From Phormidesmis sp. (GTDB lineage: Bacteria > Cyanobacteriota > Cyanobacteriia > Leptolyngbyales > Leptolyngbyaceae): a DNA stretch of 64,000 nt. A program made the translations under genes and the position numbers. The stretch lies in the NCBI GenBank assembly GCA_965248535.1, contig CBDFJR010000005.1, positions 1,472,001 to 1,536,000 of the forward strand, in the 5' to 3' direction. Below the pieces are notes generated by a model. It was not told where the DNA came from and made no database searches. It saw only the letters and a program-made list of their open reading frames with translations. Numbering within the stretch: the stretch's first letter is position 1; every line of letters starts with the position of its first letter. This document shows, piece by piece, positions 20,297 to 31,007 of the stretch.

Positions 20297-21232
20297 ATGG
20301 CTCTTCCTCATGTGGTCGTTTTTGGCAGCATTAATATGGATCTGGTGGCCAATGCCCCGCGTCTGCCCGTGCCCGGAGAAACGTTAATCGGGCATCATTT
20401 TTCTATGGTTGCAGGCGGAAAGGGAGCAAATCAGGCCGTCGCGATCGCTCGTCTCAATGTTCCAACGGTGATGATTGGGCGAGTCGGAAACGATCGCTTT
20501 GGGCAAGCACTTCTACAAAGTCTAGAATCCGAACATATTCAAATCGAGAATGTTTTAGTAGATGGATCAGTTAGCTCTGGTGTGGCGCTAATTGCCATTG
20601 ATGATCGAGGTGAAAACACAATCATTGTGATTCCAGGTGCAAACGCACGGGTAAATGACTCCGACATCGAAGCATTATCGCTTCATTTAACGGGAGCAGA
20701 TTCACTATTACTGCAATTAGAAAGTCCGATCGCGGCCGTCCAAGCTGCTGCTCAAGTGGCTAAAAAACTCGGCGTTCGGGTGATTCTCGATCCGGCTCCA
20801 GCGCGGTCTGACCTGCCGATCGACCTCTATCCGCTCATTGATATTTTGACCCCAAACGAGGTTGAAACTGCCCAACTGGTTGGCTTTCCGATCGAGAGTC
20901 CGGCTCTGGCTGCCGAAGCCGCCACCGTTTTGCAGCAGCGCGGAGTCAACACCGTCGTGATCAAACTGGGGGCAAAAGGCGGATTTTGCGCCACACTTGA
21001 CGAAGCTTTCTTTTTCCCAGCGTTTGACGTAGCCGCAATCGACACCGTAGCCGCCGGAGATGCCTTCAACGGTGGACTTGCCGCTGCCCTCGCCGACGGA
21101 AAACCGATTCGAGAAGCCGTGATTTGGGGAGCCGCCGCCGGAGCACTCGCCACCACAAAACCAGGGGCACAGAGTTCACTGCCCGATCGCGCCACCTTGA
21201 TCACGTTTCTTGAGCAACAAACCAATCGATAA
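20297..21232 (+). CDS. rbsK: Ribokinase
   Basis: GSINMD, GGKGANQA and DTVAAGDAF PfkB motifs. Confidence 0.93.
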   Translation: MALPHVVVFGSINMDLVANAPRLPVPGETLIGHHFSMVAGGKGANQAVAIARLNVPTVMIGRVGNDRFGQALLQSLESEHIQIENVLVDGSVSSGVALIAIDDRGENTIIVIPGANARVNDSDIEALSLHLTGADSLLLQLESPIAAVQAAAQVAKKLGVRVILDPAPARSDLPIDLYPLIDILTPNEVETAQLVGFPIESPALAAEAATVLQQRGVNTVVIKLGAKGGFCATLDEAFFFPAFDVAAIDTVAAGDAFNGGLAAALADGKPIREAVIWGAAAGALATTKPGAQSSLPDRATLITFLEQQTNR

Positions 21233-22022
21233 GCTTGCGCGCAATGCTCAGTTTTGGCGGAATGTCGGGCAAATTGTGTTTGTGAAACCAGGCAGCTTCG
21301 GCGATTTCTGCTGGCTCGATCGCAATCTCTCCCCCCGCATAAACTGCCGTAAACCCAATCATCAACGAGTTAGGAAACGGCCAAGGCTGAGAGCCAAAAT
21401 AACGAATGTCCTTCACCTCAATGCCCACTTCTTCACGCACCTCGCGAATCAGCGTCTCTTCGAGCGATTCACCTGGCTCCACAAAGCCCGCCAACACGCT
21501 AAACATTGACGACGGAAACCGGGGCGCACGCGCTAACAAAACGTCTTCACCGCGAGAAATCAACACAATAATCGCAGGCGACAACCGCGGATAGTTGACC
21601 AACTCACAGCTAGGACAGCGTTTGGCTCGGTCTCCGATTAACTGGATCATGGGCGTGGCGCAATGTCCACAATATTGATGCGTGCGATCCCACTCCATGA
21701 TCTGAAAAGCGCGACCGCCCACGCCAAACAGATCATCATCTAACTTCCCATACAGTTCACGAAGCCCCTGAGCAGCCATATCTGGGGGGATTACGGCATC
21801 TTGACTCAACTCGGCAGAATAGCAGGGACGCGCATCTAGCGTGCCTAAAAATTGGGTGCGAATGGGGGACAGCCCGATCGTGGTCAGGCTGGTTAGATGC
21901 GGAATCTGATAGTCATCGTTTTTGGGGTAGACGAGTAATTTATTTCCTATAAATGCAAACCACCAGGCAACCTGTGATGGCTCTGCGGGAGGAGTCGAGC
22001 TAGAAACAAACGTTCGGTGCAT
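21201..22022 (-). CDS. nudC: NAD(H) diphosphatase NudC
   Basis: Zinc ribbon CGHC/CPSC, Nudix box GFVEPGESLEETLIREVREEVG, SQPWPFPNS. Confidence 0.93.
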   Translation of the reverse strand: MHRTFVSSSTPPAEPSQVAWWFAFIGNKLLVYPKNDDYQIPHLTSLTTIGLSPIRTQFLGTLDARPCYSAELSQDAVIPPDMAAQGLRELYGKLDDDLFGVGGRAFQIMEWDRTHQYCGHCATPMIQLIGDRAKRCPSCELVNYPRLSPAIIVLISRGEDVLLARAPRFPSSMFSVLAGFVEPGESLEETLIREVREEVGIEVKDIRYFGSQPWPFPNSLMIGFTAVYAGGEIAIEPAEIAEAAWFHKHNLPDIPPKLSIARKLIDWFVAQET

Positions 22023-22108
22023 GATGAGAGGCTCAGAATCGCCCTCATAGTAACACTTGTGCAGATGGAGCATGGCGAACCAATCAGCGATGCAGCCCGA
22101 TCATCACG
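21976..22108 (+). repeat. Direct repeat copy 1 (second copy at 23627-23759)
   Basis: About 107 bp identical plus about 26 bp similar; offset 1651 bp. Confidence 0.92.
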
Positions 22109-22240
22109 CTTCACTACACTGTTGGCGATCGAGTCTTCTGTACCGATATAAATCAGCAGCAAGAGACAAGAGACGAGCACGATCGGAGTATTGAACGCCC
22201 GACGAAGATTGGCTTTGGTGCTGTCTCTTGCACTACAGTG
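22045..22240 (-). pseudogene. Internally deleted MFS transporter remnant
   Basis: Encodes NLRRAFNTPIVLVSCLLLLIYIGTEDSI joined to the duplicated MFS 3' end. Confidence 0.5.
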
Positions 22241-22396
22241 CTCGATAATACAGGGTGCTTCAAGTCAGAATCTTTCTCTATATCTTGTCAGCTTGCTTAC
22301 GATATAGGGTGCAACGAGCAAATACCTGAAACTCAAGGTCATACTCCTCTGTCATCCCTCGGCGTTACAGTGCAAAATCTAACCATGCTTACCAAC

Positions 22397-22858
22397 TTAC
22401 TTAAAACCTTCCTGCTTAATGATCTGCCCTGATGACAACTTGTGGAACTCACCTAGCCGCATTGGAGATCCATCTGGCTTGTAAAGTTGAACACCTGATG
22501 GCTCACCGTTTTTGACAATGGGCTTCATAGAACATCCTTCCATGCCAGGAAGCTCCAGTCTACCGTCGGGATAAACCGTAATCCCATTCGGGAGTTGAAC
22601 AGGTTTGTCTCCTCCTGGCATCACTGCCCACGCTCCGGCAGAAACTCTCTCGACTTCTCCAGGTTTCATCCGATTTGCTCCTCCGACTCTGGATCTGCTT
22701 TTTAATTCACACAGTTTGTTTAGCAATACTACTTGCCCAGAGGCTGTCTTCATGTAGCAACCTTCAACCTCGTCAGCGATTGATGACTTGCTCAGAACCA
22801 TGAAGGTGCCAGCACACCCTAACAAAATACTTGCAACTCTACATATCAGTGAAACCAT
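22397..22858 (-). CDS. Hypothetical secreted protein, paralog A
   Basis: Signal-peptide-like N-terminus, CYMKTASGQ...LNKLC motif; aligns with the neighbouring ORF. Confidence 0.7.
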   Translation of the reverse strand: MVSLICRVASILLGCAGTFMVLSKSSIADEVEGCYMKTASGQVVLLNKLCELKSRSRVGGANRMKPGEVERVSAGAWAVMPGGDKPVQLPNGITVYPDGRLELPGMEGCSMKPIVKNGEPSGVQLYKPDGSPMRLGEFHKLSSGQIIKQEGFK

Positions 22859-22944
22859 CAGAACGACTCCTGCAAAAGACTGGCATCTTATCCTCGAACA
22901 ATTGCTTATCCAAGTGTTAGTCAAGCCCATACAAATCAAATACT

Positions 22945-23421
22945 TCAGAAAGGCAGTTGCTCGACCACATCTCCAGAGGACAATCTTAATTTCTCACCGG
23001 GTTTCAAAGGTGTAATCTTGTCTAATTTGAAGTGTTGAATCCCTACGACTTTGTTATCTTTAAGAACTAATTTAACCGTGTGTCCATTTTGCTGAGTTAC
23101 TCTTCCGTCAGGCCAGATAATTCCTCCGTCAGGATTCTTAAAAGGTCGTTGTCCTCCTTCTCTAACTATCCAAATACCATTGGAATTATCACGTTGCACG
23201 AAATTGGGATCGTAGTTGTTCTCATCCCACATCTCATCATTCATTTTTCTTTCCTCCGATTTCCCACAAATCTTGCTCAAAGGAATCCTCTGCCCAGGGG
23301 TTGTTTCCAAATAGCAAAGCTCTTCCTGTTGCGCTTGCACAAAATCCCTTGCTGACACCATCGCGACCACAACTAAAGGTAGGAATACTGACCAAAGCTT
23401 TAATGGAATTCTAAACCTCAT
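22945..23421 (-). CDS. Hypothetical secreted protein, paralog B
   Basis: Signal-peptide-like N-terminus ending VQA, CYLETTPGQ...LSKIC motif; GGAG ribosome-binding site. Confidence 0.75.
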   Translation of the reverse strand: MRFRIPLKLWSVFLPLVVVAMVSARDFVQAQQEELCYLETTPGQRIPLSKICGKSEERKMNDEMWDENNYDPNFVQRDNSNGIWIVREGGQRPFKNPDGGIIWPDGRVTQQNGHTVKLVLKDNKVVGIQHFKLDKITPLKPGEKLRLSSGDVVEQLPF

Positions 23422-23626
23422 GAAAGTCTCCTAGTAGAGAGAGTTAGAGCAAACTTTTAATGCAAATGTTGACCTCGTAGTACACAAATACAGCAAACAA
23501 CAGTTCGCCAATGAAAGCGATTAATTGGCGTTAGTTAAAGCCATATTTGATAGGATACCTGCGCTCTTAACTACTAGCGAAACCATTAAAGCTTTCCTTT
23601 TACAAGGAAACCAGCACGATCGCTAA

Positions 23627-23759
23627 GATGGCTCTGCGGGAGGAGTCGAGCTAGAAACAAACGTTCGGTGCATGATGAGAGGCTCAGAATCGCCCTCATA
23701 GTAACACTTGTGCAGATGGAGCATGGCGAACCAGCCAGCGATCTAGCCCGCTCATCACG
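23627..23759 (+). repeat. Direct repeat copy 2 (MFS 3' end plus nudC 5' end)
   Basis: Matches 21976-22108. Confidence 0.92.
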
Positions 23760-23893
23760 ATCGTCAACGGCACCAGCAGTATCGGAATGATTTCTAGCCC
23801 GGCTCGATCGGCCGCCCAGCCCACGATCGTGGGAATCAAGGCAGAACCCAAACTGCCCATGCTGGCGAGAAAGCCAATCGCAGCAGGCACGAT
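23696..23893 (-). pseudogene. 3' remnant of an MFS transporter truncated by an IS fragment
   Basis: PAAIGFLASMGSLGSALIPTIVGWAADRAGL resembles the terminal MFS helices. Confidence 0.65.
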
Positions 23894-24487
23894 CGGGGTG
23901 CAGAAGCGACGAGGCAGACCGCGCAAGTACAACGGCAAAGTTGACCTCCAAGACCTGACCCGCTTCACCTTTGTGGAAACCGTGCACCCCCAGGTTGACC
24001 TTTACACTGCCCGACTCTGGCACGTCTCGTTGAAACGGGAGATTCGAGTCGTCTACCTGATTGACCGTCGCCTTCCCAATCGAGTTCGTTCCTGCTTGCT
24101 CTTCAGTACCGATGTCGAGCAAGACCCCAAGCAGATTTACCAGTTCTATAAATTGCGCTTTGGGATTGAGTTTCTCTTCTGCGATGCCAAGCAATTCACG
24201 GGATTGAGTGATTGCCAAGCCCGTGACCTCTTGAAGCTAGACTTCCATTTCAATGCCAGTTTTACCGTCCTGAATCTTGCTAAACTCGATGCCTATCAAC
24301 CGAATGCTAGACAACAACCCTTTGTCTTTTCGAGGGCGAGTCTCAAGCGACGGGCGCTCAACGACCCTTTGCTGAACCTCTTTATTTCAAAGTTAGCGCT
24401 GTTCCCCAGGGCGATTAAATCCCATCCTAACTACGAAAGCCTTCGCTCCTACGGCGTTATCGCTGCCTAATTCTGTCCGAAGTATTA
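23894..24487 (+). mobile_element. 5'-truncated IS4-like DDE transposase fragment with right end
   Basis: RGRPRKY, LFSTD and YKLRFGIEFLF.DAKQFTGL (YREK-like) motifs; stop at 24470, then an IR-like ctgtccgaagtatt. Confidence 0.8.
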
Positions 24488-24777
24488 GTTTACAGAAAAT
24501 GAGGTAGAAAGCGCCCTTGACCAGCTTTCTGAAGCTGAACTGGCGGCTTTATTTAACCCCGGTGTAGGAGGTCGCGAACGATTAGTTCCCCGATAGCGGC
24601 GAAGGGCGGCCACAGCCCACAGATTTTGGGTCGAGAGTCGTCGATTAAATCCTATCGGTTACTCAACACTTTAGAACATTTGTTCTATAAATCTGGAAGA
24701 AATGTGTTTTGGTGACGGGCGATCGCGTAGCATATCCTGAGAAACTCTGTGATGCTGTGGCAGCCCTCGCTAAAATC

Positions 24778-26103
24778 ATGCTCAAATCTTGTTCTGTTTG
24801 GTCGGCATTCATCATGCTGGGATTGACGGCTGGCTGCACAGCAGAAGCCTCTAAATCAACGGCTCCTGAAGTGACTGTTGCGCCCGTTGAGGCAAAGCCT
24901 GCTGCCAGCCAAAGTCCGTTTGGGCTGGTGTCGCCAACTGCGCCCGATGCTGCCACCACTCGCACCCTTGAGCAATATCTCAAAAAACTGGCAAATCAAG
25001 GATTTTCAGAGCGATCGCAGGGCGTTTGGATGCAGTCTGGCACCACCCTGCTGGCCAATCATCAAGGCACTACGCCGCTTTCGGCCGCTTCTTTGACAAA
25101 AGTGGCGACCTCGTTAGTGGCTCTGCAAACGTTTGGCGTTGATCATCGGTTTGTGACCGAAATCAGTTCAACCGGGGCGATCGAGAACGGCATTCTCAAA
25201 GGCGATCTGATCATTCAAGGCGGAAACGATCCCCTCTTTGTCTGGGAGGAAGCGATCGCGGTTGGCAACTTGCTGAACCAGCTACAAATTCGTCAGGTGA
25301 CGGGCAATTTGATCATCGTCGGCAGGTTTTATATGAATTTTGACACCGACCCACAAGCGTCGGGCGCGTTGCTCAAGCAAGGGCTGAATGCCGCAACCTG
25401 GTCAGAAGACATCAAAACTCAATATCTCACCCTCCCCGCCGGAACGCCGCGCCCGCAACTCACGATCGCAGGGTCTGTGAAAATCGCCAACGCTGCCCCG
25501 GCCAAAGCTAAGTCGCTGTTGCGGCACCAGTCACTGCCGCTAGCAGAATTGCTTAAAAAGATGAATCGCTATAGCAATAACGTGATGGCAGAAATCATTG
25601 CCAGCGCGGTCGGGGGAGCCAAAGTCATCTCGTTTAAGGCAGCGCAGGCAGCAGGCGTTCCGCAATCAGAAGTGCTGCTGATTAATGGATCAGGGTTAGC
25701 CGCCGAAAATCGCCTCTCTCCCCGGGCAGTCTGCGGAATGTTTTTGGCGATCGAGCGACTTCTCGAACCTTCTAAACTCACGGTTGCCGATATTTTCACG
25801 GTCGTTGGGCAAGATAGCGGCGTTCTCGATGCCCGCAAAATTCCGGCGTTGGCAGTCACCAAATCGGGCAGTTTGGATGCCGTCAGTGCCTTAGCAGGCG
25901 CTTTGCCAACGACCCAAAAAGGGGTGGTTTGGTTTGTGGTGATCAACGGGGGAACCAATCATTTAGAGGAGTTTCGAGCCGAGCAAGAGTCTCTATTGCA
26001 GAGTTTGTCTAGTCAGTGGGGAGCGGTGCAGACGGCTCCGGCAGAGTTGTCTGTTAACTCAGAGAGATCGGGCAAAGCATCCGTGAATGAGCGGGTCAAT
26101 TAG
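24778..26103 (+). CDS. dacB: D-alanyl-D-alanine carboxypeptidase/endopeptidase (peptidase S13), probable lipoprotein
   Basis: SLTK, SNN and KSG penicillin-binding-protein motifs; LTAGC lipobox-like. Confidence 0.88.
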   Translation: MLKSCSVWSAFIMLGLTAGCTAEASKSTAPEVTVAPVEAKPAASQSPFGLVSPTAPDAATTRTLEQYLKKLANQGFSERSQGVWMQSGTTLLANHQGTTPLSAASLTKVATSLVALQTFGVDHRFVTEISSTGAIENGILKGDLIIQGGNDPLFVWEEAIAVGNLLNQLQIRQVTGNLIIVGRFYMNFDTDPQASGALLKQGLNAATWSEDIKTQYLTLPAGTPRPQLTIAGSVKIANAAPAKAKSLLRHQSLPLAELLKKMNRYSNNVMAEIIASAVGGAKVISFKAAQAAGVPQSEVLLINGSGLAAENRLSPRAVCGMFLAIERLLEPSKLTVADIFTVVGQDSGVLDARKIPALAVTKSGSLDAVSALAGALPTTQKGVVWFVVINGGTNHLEEFRAEQESLLQSLSSQWGAVQTAPAELSVNSERSGKASVNERVN

Positions 26104-27085
26104 CCTGACTCTGAGGCGATCGGGGATCGACCGGACGGGCCACCAGAATGCCGATCGCGCCATCAAGTCTAGCCACATAGCGTTGAAGATCGGGCGAAAT
26201 CATCACCCCTCTGATAGGAGCCGCATGGATCAAGCCAAGTTCCCCGGTGGGGCTGCGATAAACCAGCCCGGTGTGAGTCACATCTAAACCCGGAACTTGA
26301 GTCGCGATCGCAATCACATCTCCAGCTTCTAAAGCGGCATAGTGGCTCTGAATCTGCTGGGTGGGAATGTAGCGAATGCTGGCGCTATCTAGGTTTGACT
26401 CCATTTGATCAATGCACTGACGATTGGCAGCACTGTGAGCAAGCTGAGGATAAGCCTGCCAATGGACACTCATAAAATTTAGCGTCTTATTGATCGGAAC
26501 GCCGTTTAAATCTGAGGTGAGATCTTTGACGATCGTGCGGTTTTGATTATCGGCCAGCCATTGTGAAAAATAGTGCAGCCGACTGCAATAGCCATTCATC
26601 TCACCATTAACATAGCGTTGCTCACGGATATGAGCGACGAATGTAGCTACTGAATAATCTTGTTCAGCCACTCCTCGCGCTATGGCTAATACGCTTTCAA
26701 TAAACAATACACAGTCAAATTTTTGTAGTGATAGTGTGAGCGTTTCATGAGGCGTTGCATCCAGCAAGTCTTCTTGATAGGGCGTGGTTAATAACTGCTC
26801 AGAGATCGCTTGCATCACGTCTCCGATCGGACGCTGATATAAATGACGATCGCGAGCATAATTCATCACCTGTTGAAATTTGATTTCATCCAGAGTTGAT
26901 AAACCTGTTTCAGTTGAGACTTTTAGCTCTGCAACCGGAGCTTTTGAGAGGTTGAAGGACGCTAAAGGGGGTGCGGTCTGGCTAGAAAAGGTCTGAAACG
27001 GCTGCTTGGCATCCAAGATCCAGGGCACAGCCACCCCACAGCCCACCAGCACCCCCACTAAGGGAAGCCCAACTCGTTTTTTCAT
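26096..27085 (-). CDS. DUF1460 / N-acetylmuramoyl-L-alanine amidase-like protein
   Basis: FDCVLFIE, RLHYFSQW, LDVTHTG and IHA motifs of an NlpC/P60-like fold. Confidence 0.85.
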   Translation of the reverse strand: MKKRVGLPLVGVLVGCGVAVPWILDAKQPFQTFSSQTAPPLASFNLSKAPVAELKVSTETGLSTLDEIKFQQVMNYARDRHLYQRPIGDVMQAISEQLLTTPYQEDLLDATPHETLTLSLQKFDCVLFIESVLAIARGVAEQDYSVATFVAHIREQRYVNGEMNGYCSRLHYFSQWLADNQNRTIVKDLTSDLNGVPINKTLNFMSVHWQAYPQLAHSAANRQCIDQMESNLDSASIRYIPTQQIQSHYAALEAGDVIAIATQVPGLDVTHTGLVYRSPTGELGLIHAAPIRGVMISPDLQRYVARLDGAIGILVARPVDPRSPQSQAN

Positions 27086-27425
27086 AACCCGATGTTTTCG
27101 TCGATCACCTCTGGGAGACTAACACACGATCGCCGCTTCAACCTTGTCAAATCAGATACCCGTTCTTTCTACTGTTAGAGAATTTACTGATAGATCCTTA
27201 GTGTTCACCCCAAACACTGAACCGGGATCTTGTCTTTTAGAATTAATTTGCAGAAACTTCCTGATTTCGCCTCCGCTTGATGAACTTACAAGGTAAGGCT
27301 GCTCAACTTTATATAATTTTGATGAAAACTCAGCAATTTCCTCTAGTCTGTGTTTCACGACTAATCTTCCTGTGGTAGGCTCGGAACAATAAGGCTAGGA
27401 AAATGTTTTATAGATAGATCCAGCC

Positions 27426-28514
27426 ATGCTTGACACAGGTCGTCTTCCGCTAACGGGTGACGCGCTTACTTGTTTCCGCCAGGGGCTTGACAGCGCCGCA
27501 GCCGGGGAGCATGAAAGAGCGGTTGCCCTCTACAACAAAGTTTTGCAAGCGCGATCGGACTTCTGGGAAGCCTGGTATGAGCGCGGCTTGTCTCTAGACA
27601 GTTTGGGGTTTTATTCTGAAGCGATCGCTAGTTACGATCGAGCTTTAGAAACCAACCCCAGCCGAGAGGCCCTTGACGAGATTTTGCACGATCGCGGCAA
27701 TGCCCTTCACTATGGGCTGGGCGACTATGAGGCGGCAATTCGCTGCTATGACCAGACGCTGCAAGTCAATGATGCTCATGCGATGGCCTGGCAAAATCGC
27801 GGCAATGCCCTGCTCTATGGGTTGAGCCATTATCAAGCGGCGATCGCCAGCTATAACCGTGCCCTACAGCTTAACGCTGACAACTATTTGACCTGGCGCA
27901 ATCGCGGCAACGCCATGATTGAGCTAAAGCGCTACACCGAAGCGATCGCCAACTACGATCGGGCGCTGTCTCTGCAAGCCGATGATCAGGTTTCCTGGCA
28001 GGCGCGTCTGCTGGCCTCTCAGCAGCTTGGGCTAAATTCTCTCAAGCAGCCAACCACCAAGCCAACCTGGTGTGGCGAGGGCTATGACGATCCGCTTTTG
28101 CTAGAAGACTCGCCGTTGCTAGAAGAGTCGCATCCGCCCAAGATCCAAGATTGTGAAGCGGGCTACCAGCGACCGATGCTAGTCATTGAAGACGATGCCG
28201 GGCAGCATGAGATTGAGCTAGAAAAAGAGCACTATACGATCGGGCGAGATCCTAAAAACGACATTTGTTTAAAATCTCAGTTTGCGTCTCGACATCATGC
28301 TGTGCTGCGGCGCATCAACGGTGAGCCTGGAAACTACACCTACGTGATTAGTGATGGCAATCTAGCGGGCAGACCCAGCACCAATGGCTTGCTGGTCAAT
28401 GGGCAAAAGCAGCAAAATTCTTTGCTCAAAACAGGTGACTTAATCGTGTTTGGCCCCCACGTTCGGGCGACTTATCAAGCGGCGATCGAGCCAACCGATC
28501 TAAATTTTTGGTAG
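27426..28514 (+). CDS. TPR repeat plus FHA domain protein
   Basis: Repeated AW.NRGNAL...AIASY.RAL units; C-terminal IGRD, SRHHA and STNG FHA motifs. Confidence 0.88.
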   Translation: MLDTGRLPLTGDALTCFRQGLDSAAAGEHERAVALYNKVLQARSDFWEAWYERGLSLDSLGFYSEAIASYDRALETNPSREALDEILHDRGNALHYGLGDYEAAIRCYDQTLQVNDAHAMAWQNRGNALLYGLSHYQAAIASYNRALQLNADNYLTWRNRGNAMIELKRYTEAIANYDRALSLQADDQVSWQARLLASQQLGLNSLKQPTTKPTWCGEGYDDPLLLEDSPLLEESHPPKIQDCEAGYQRPMLVIEDDAGQHEIELEKEHYTIGRDPKNDICLKSQFASRHHAVLRRINGEPGNYTYVISDGNLAGRPSTNGLLVNGQKQQNSLLKTGDLIVFGPHVRATYQAAIEPTDLNFW

Positions 28515-28668
28515 CGATTCGGCAGCGATCGCAGTTCCTTTCGTTCACCTAGCACAGATAGCTCACCACCCTTCTCTTAGGCTAGAAGGCGACCTGCGGA
28601 GAACCTTTAGATTCTGCAAGGCTCATTCAATCTAAGATCTAAAGCTCTCACCCAACCCTTCTACAGCT

Positions 28669-30061
28669 ATGGCGAATCTGACCCCAAACTCCAGTTTTAG
28701 TCTGTCCATCCGTTTTGAAGTACCCAATCGACCGGGTATGTTAGCCAGCGTAGTGCAGGCGATTTCTACCCTGGGCGGCAGCATCGGGCAGATCGATCTC
28801 GTCGAACAAACCCGCGATGTCTCCCTGCGAAACATTGTCGTAGATGCCGCTAGCAGCGACCACGCTGAGGCGATCGTGCAATCGCTCAAATCACTCCCAG
28901 AGGTCAAAGTTCTCCAGGCAGACGATCGCACGTTTGCGCTGCATCAAGGCGGCAAAATCACCGTTCAGAGTAAGGTGCCCTTGAGCAGACAATCTGATTT
29001 GGCGATGGCCTATACGCCAGGGGTGGGTCGGGTGTGTATGGCGATCGCTCAAGACCCCGATCGCGTTTATGAATTGACCGTCAAAGGCAACATGGTCGCG
29101 ATCGTCACCGATGGCAGCGCTGTCTTAGGGCTAGGCAACCTCGGCCCCGAAGCCGCCATGCCCGTGATGGAGGGCAAAGCCATGCTGTTTAAAGAATTTG
29201 GCGGCATTGATGCCTTCCCGATTTGTCTGGCGACTCAAGACACCGATGCGATCGTCGAAGCCGTCAAGATGCTGGCTCCGGTGTTTGGGGGCGTTAATTT
29301 AGAAGACATTGCTGCCCCGCGCTGCTTTGAGATTGAGACGCGCCTTCAGCAAGAACTCAATATTCCCATTTTTCACGATGACCAGCATGGAACCGCGATC
29401 GTTTCTCTGGCGGCGCTCTCGAATGCGCTGAAAGCTGGTTAAAAAATCTATCAGTGATGTGAAAATTGTGATTAACGGGGCTGGGGCGGCCGGAGTCGCG
29501 ATCGCTCGTCTGCTTCGCAAAGCTGGAGCCACTCAGATCTCAATGTGCGACTCTAAAGGCATTCTCTCGATCGATCGGGCTGACTTAACCGACCAAAAGC
29601 GAGAATTTGCCGTTGAGATGAAAGGCACCCTGGCCGACGCGATGAAAGGCACAGACGTGTTTTTAGGCGTGAGCGCCCCAGGAGTCGTGTCTCCTGAGAT
29701 GGTGAAATCAATGGCAAAAGACCCGATCGTGTTTGCGATGGCCAACCCAGTGCCAGAGATTCAGCCTGAGCTAGTGCGCGACGACGTGGCCGTGATGGCC
29801 ACCGGCCGCAGTGACTATCCCAATCAAATTAATAACGTTTTAGCATTCCCCGGAGTGTTTCGCGGTGCGTTAGACTGTCGTGCTTCTAACTTCACCACTA
29901 ATATGTATTTACAAGCGGCCTTAGCGATCGCCTCTCTGGTTTCTGAGAGTGATCTGAGCCGAGAAAATATTGTGCCTTCAGTGTTTGACGATCGCGTTGC
30001 AACCGTTGTGTCGGCTGCCGTCCAAAAAGCGGCGCGTGAAGATGGAGTCGCTAGGAAATAA
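28669..30061 (+). pseudogene. ACT-domain malic enzyme with one frameshift at ~29431 (likely sequencing error)
   Basis: AYTPGV, MEGKAMLFK, HDDQHGTA, then in a shifted frame GAGAAG and GRSDYPNQINN; one extra A in ctgaaagctg. Confidence 0.88.
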
Positions 30062-30073
30062 CCCAGAAATTTC

Positions 30074-30109
30074 AGAAGTGAGAAGGCTTAAGGGCATCTT
30101 CTCACTTCT
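30074..30109. terminator. Hairpin between convergent genes
   Basis: 12-bp inverted repeat agaagtgagaag / cttctcacttct. Confidence 0.6.
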
Positions 30110-30116
30110 AGAATCT

Positions 30117-31007
30117 TTACTTCGCCCGCTTTGCAGCCGCATCTAATTGAGCGCGAACCGCCTGAGTTGCAATTCCATCAACTCGTAAACCAGACTGAGA
30201 CTGAAACTGACGCACCGCCGCTTTTGTCGCACCATCATAAAACGGCAAAATCGATAAGTTGTTTCTCAAGACGGTTCTTAAATTATTTCTGAGATTTCTC
30301 ACCACGATCGTCACCATTTGTTGAGTCGATTGATCGGCTCGACCCGTTTCTGACAGGCCATATCGCTGCTGAAAGTCTCGAATCGCTCGCACCGCTGGCC
30401 CATCGTTCAGCGCTTTTTGGGGATCTATCTCATACCCCAACCCCAAGATCACAGCCCGAAAGTCCGTTTCATCATAGAGGGTGCCGATCGCAACCGAACT
30501 CACGGGCGGAGCGGTTGGCTCGATCGGGGTCGGTTGCTCCGGCAGCGGAGTCGCATCACTAATGATTTCTTGAATTTTCTGATAGGTTTCTAGGGCAGCA
30601 ATCCCCGTCTCAGGCAAGCGATTGTGGCGCTGAAACAACGCGACTGCGCTTTTAGTCTGAGACCCATAAAACTGACTGCCCGGTAGCTGCGGGCTAGGCT
30701 GCAAGACGCGATTGAGAGAGGTCTGCAAATCACTGACTAAACTCGCTGCTCGATCTTGCGTCGGCGTGTTTAAAGTGCCATCGACAGGCAGCCGATATCG
30801 AGTCTGAAAATCTCGAATGGCTTGCTGCACTCTCCCATCGATCAACGGCGTTCCTGGCGTAACGGCATACCCCAACCCAAACAACACCGACACAAACTGA
30901 TCAGGCGTATAGTCTTGACTGCGAACTGCCCCCGCAGGTTGCCCACCCATCACCCAAGCCACACTGATCAGCGCGGTGGCGATCGCACCATTCCATCGAT
31001 TCAACAT
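30117..31007 (-). CDS. Secreted peptidoglycan-binding domain protein
   Basis: Signal peptide and four AI/V..FQ...L..DG/TG PG_binding_1-type repeats. Confidence 0.85.
   Translation of the reverse strand: MLNRWNGAIATALISVAWVMGGQPAGAVRSQDYTPDQFVSVLFGLGYAVTPGTPLIDGRVQQAIRDFQTRYRLPVDGTLNTPTQDRAASLVSDLQTSLNRVLQPSPQLPGSQFYGSQTKSAVALFQRHNRLPETGIAALETYQKIQEIISDATPLPEQPTPIEPTAPPVSSVAIGTLYDETDFRAVILGLGYEIDPQKALNDGPAVRAIRDFQQRYGLSETGRADQSTQQMVTIVVRNLRNNLRTVLRNNLSILPFYDGATKAAVRQFQSQSGLRVDGIATQAVRAQLDAAAKRAK

Noticed and set aside
23586..24218. 210-aa minus-strand ORF
   Set aside because: Antisense to the transposase fragment and crossing rearrangement junctions; a chimeric shadow ORF.
29420..29460. Programmed frameshift in malic enzyme
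   Set aside because: A single extra A explains it and no stimulatory structure is evident; a sequencing error is simpler.
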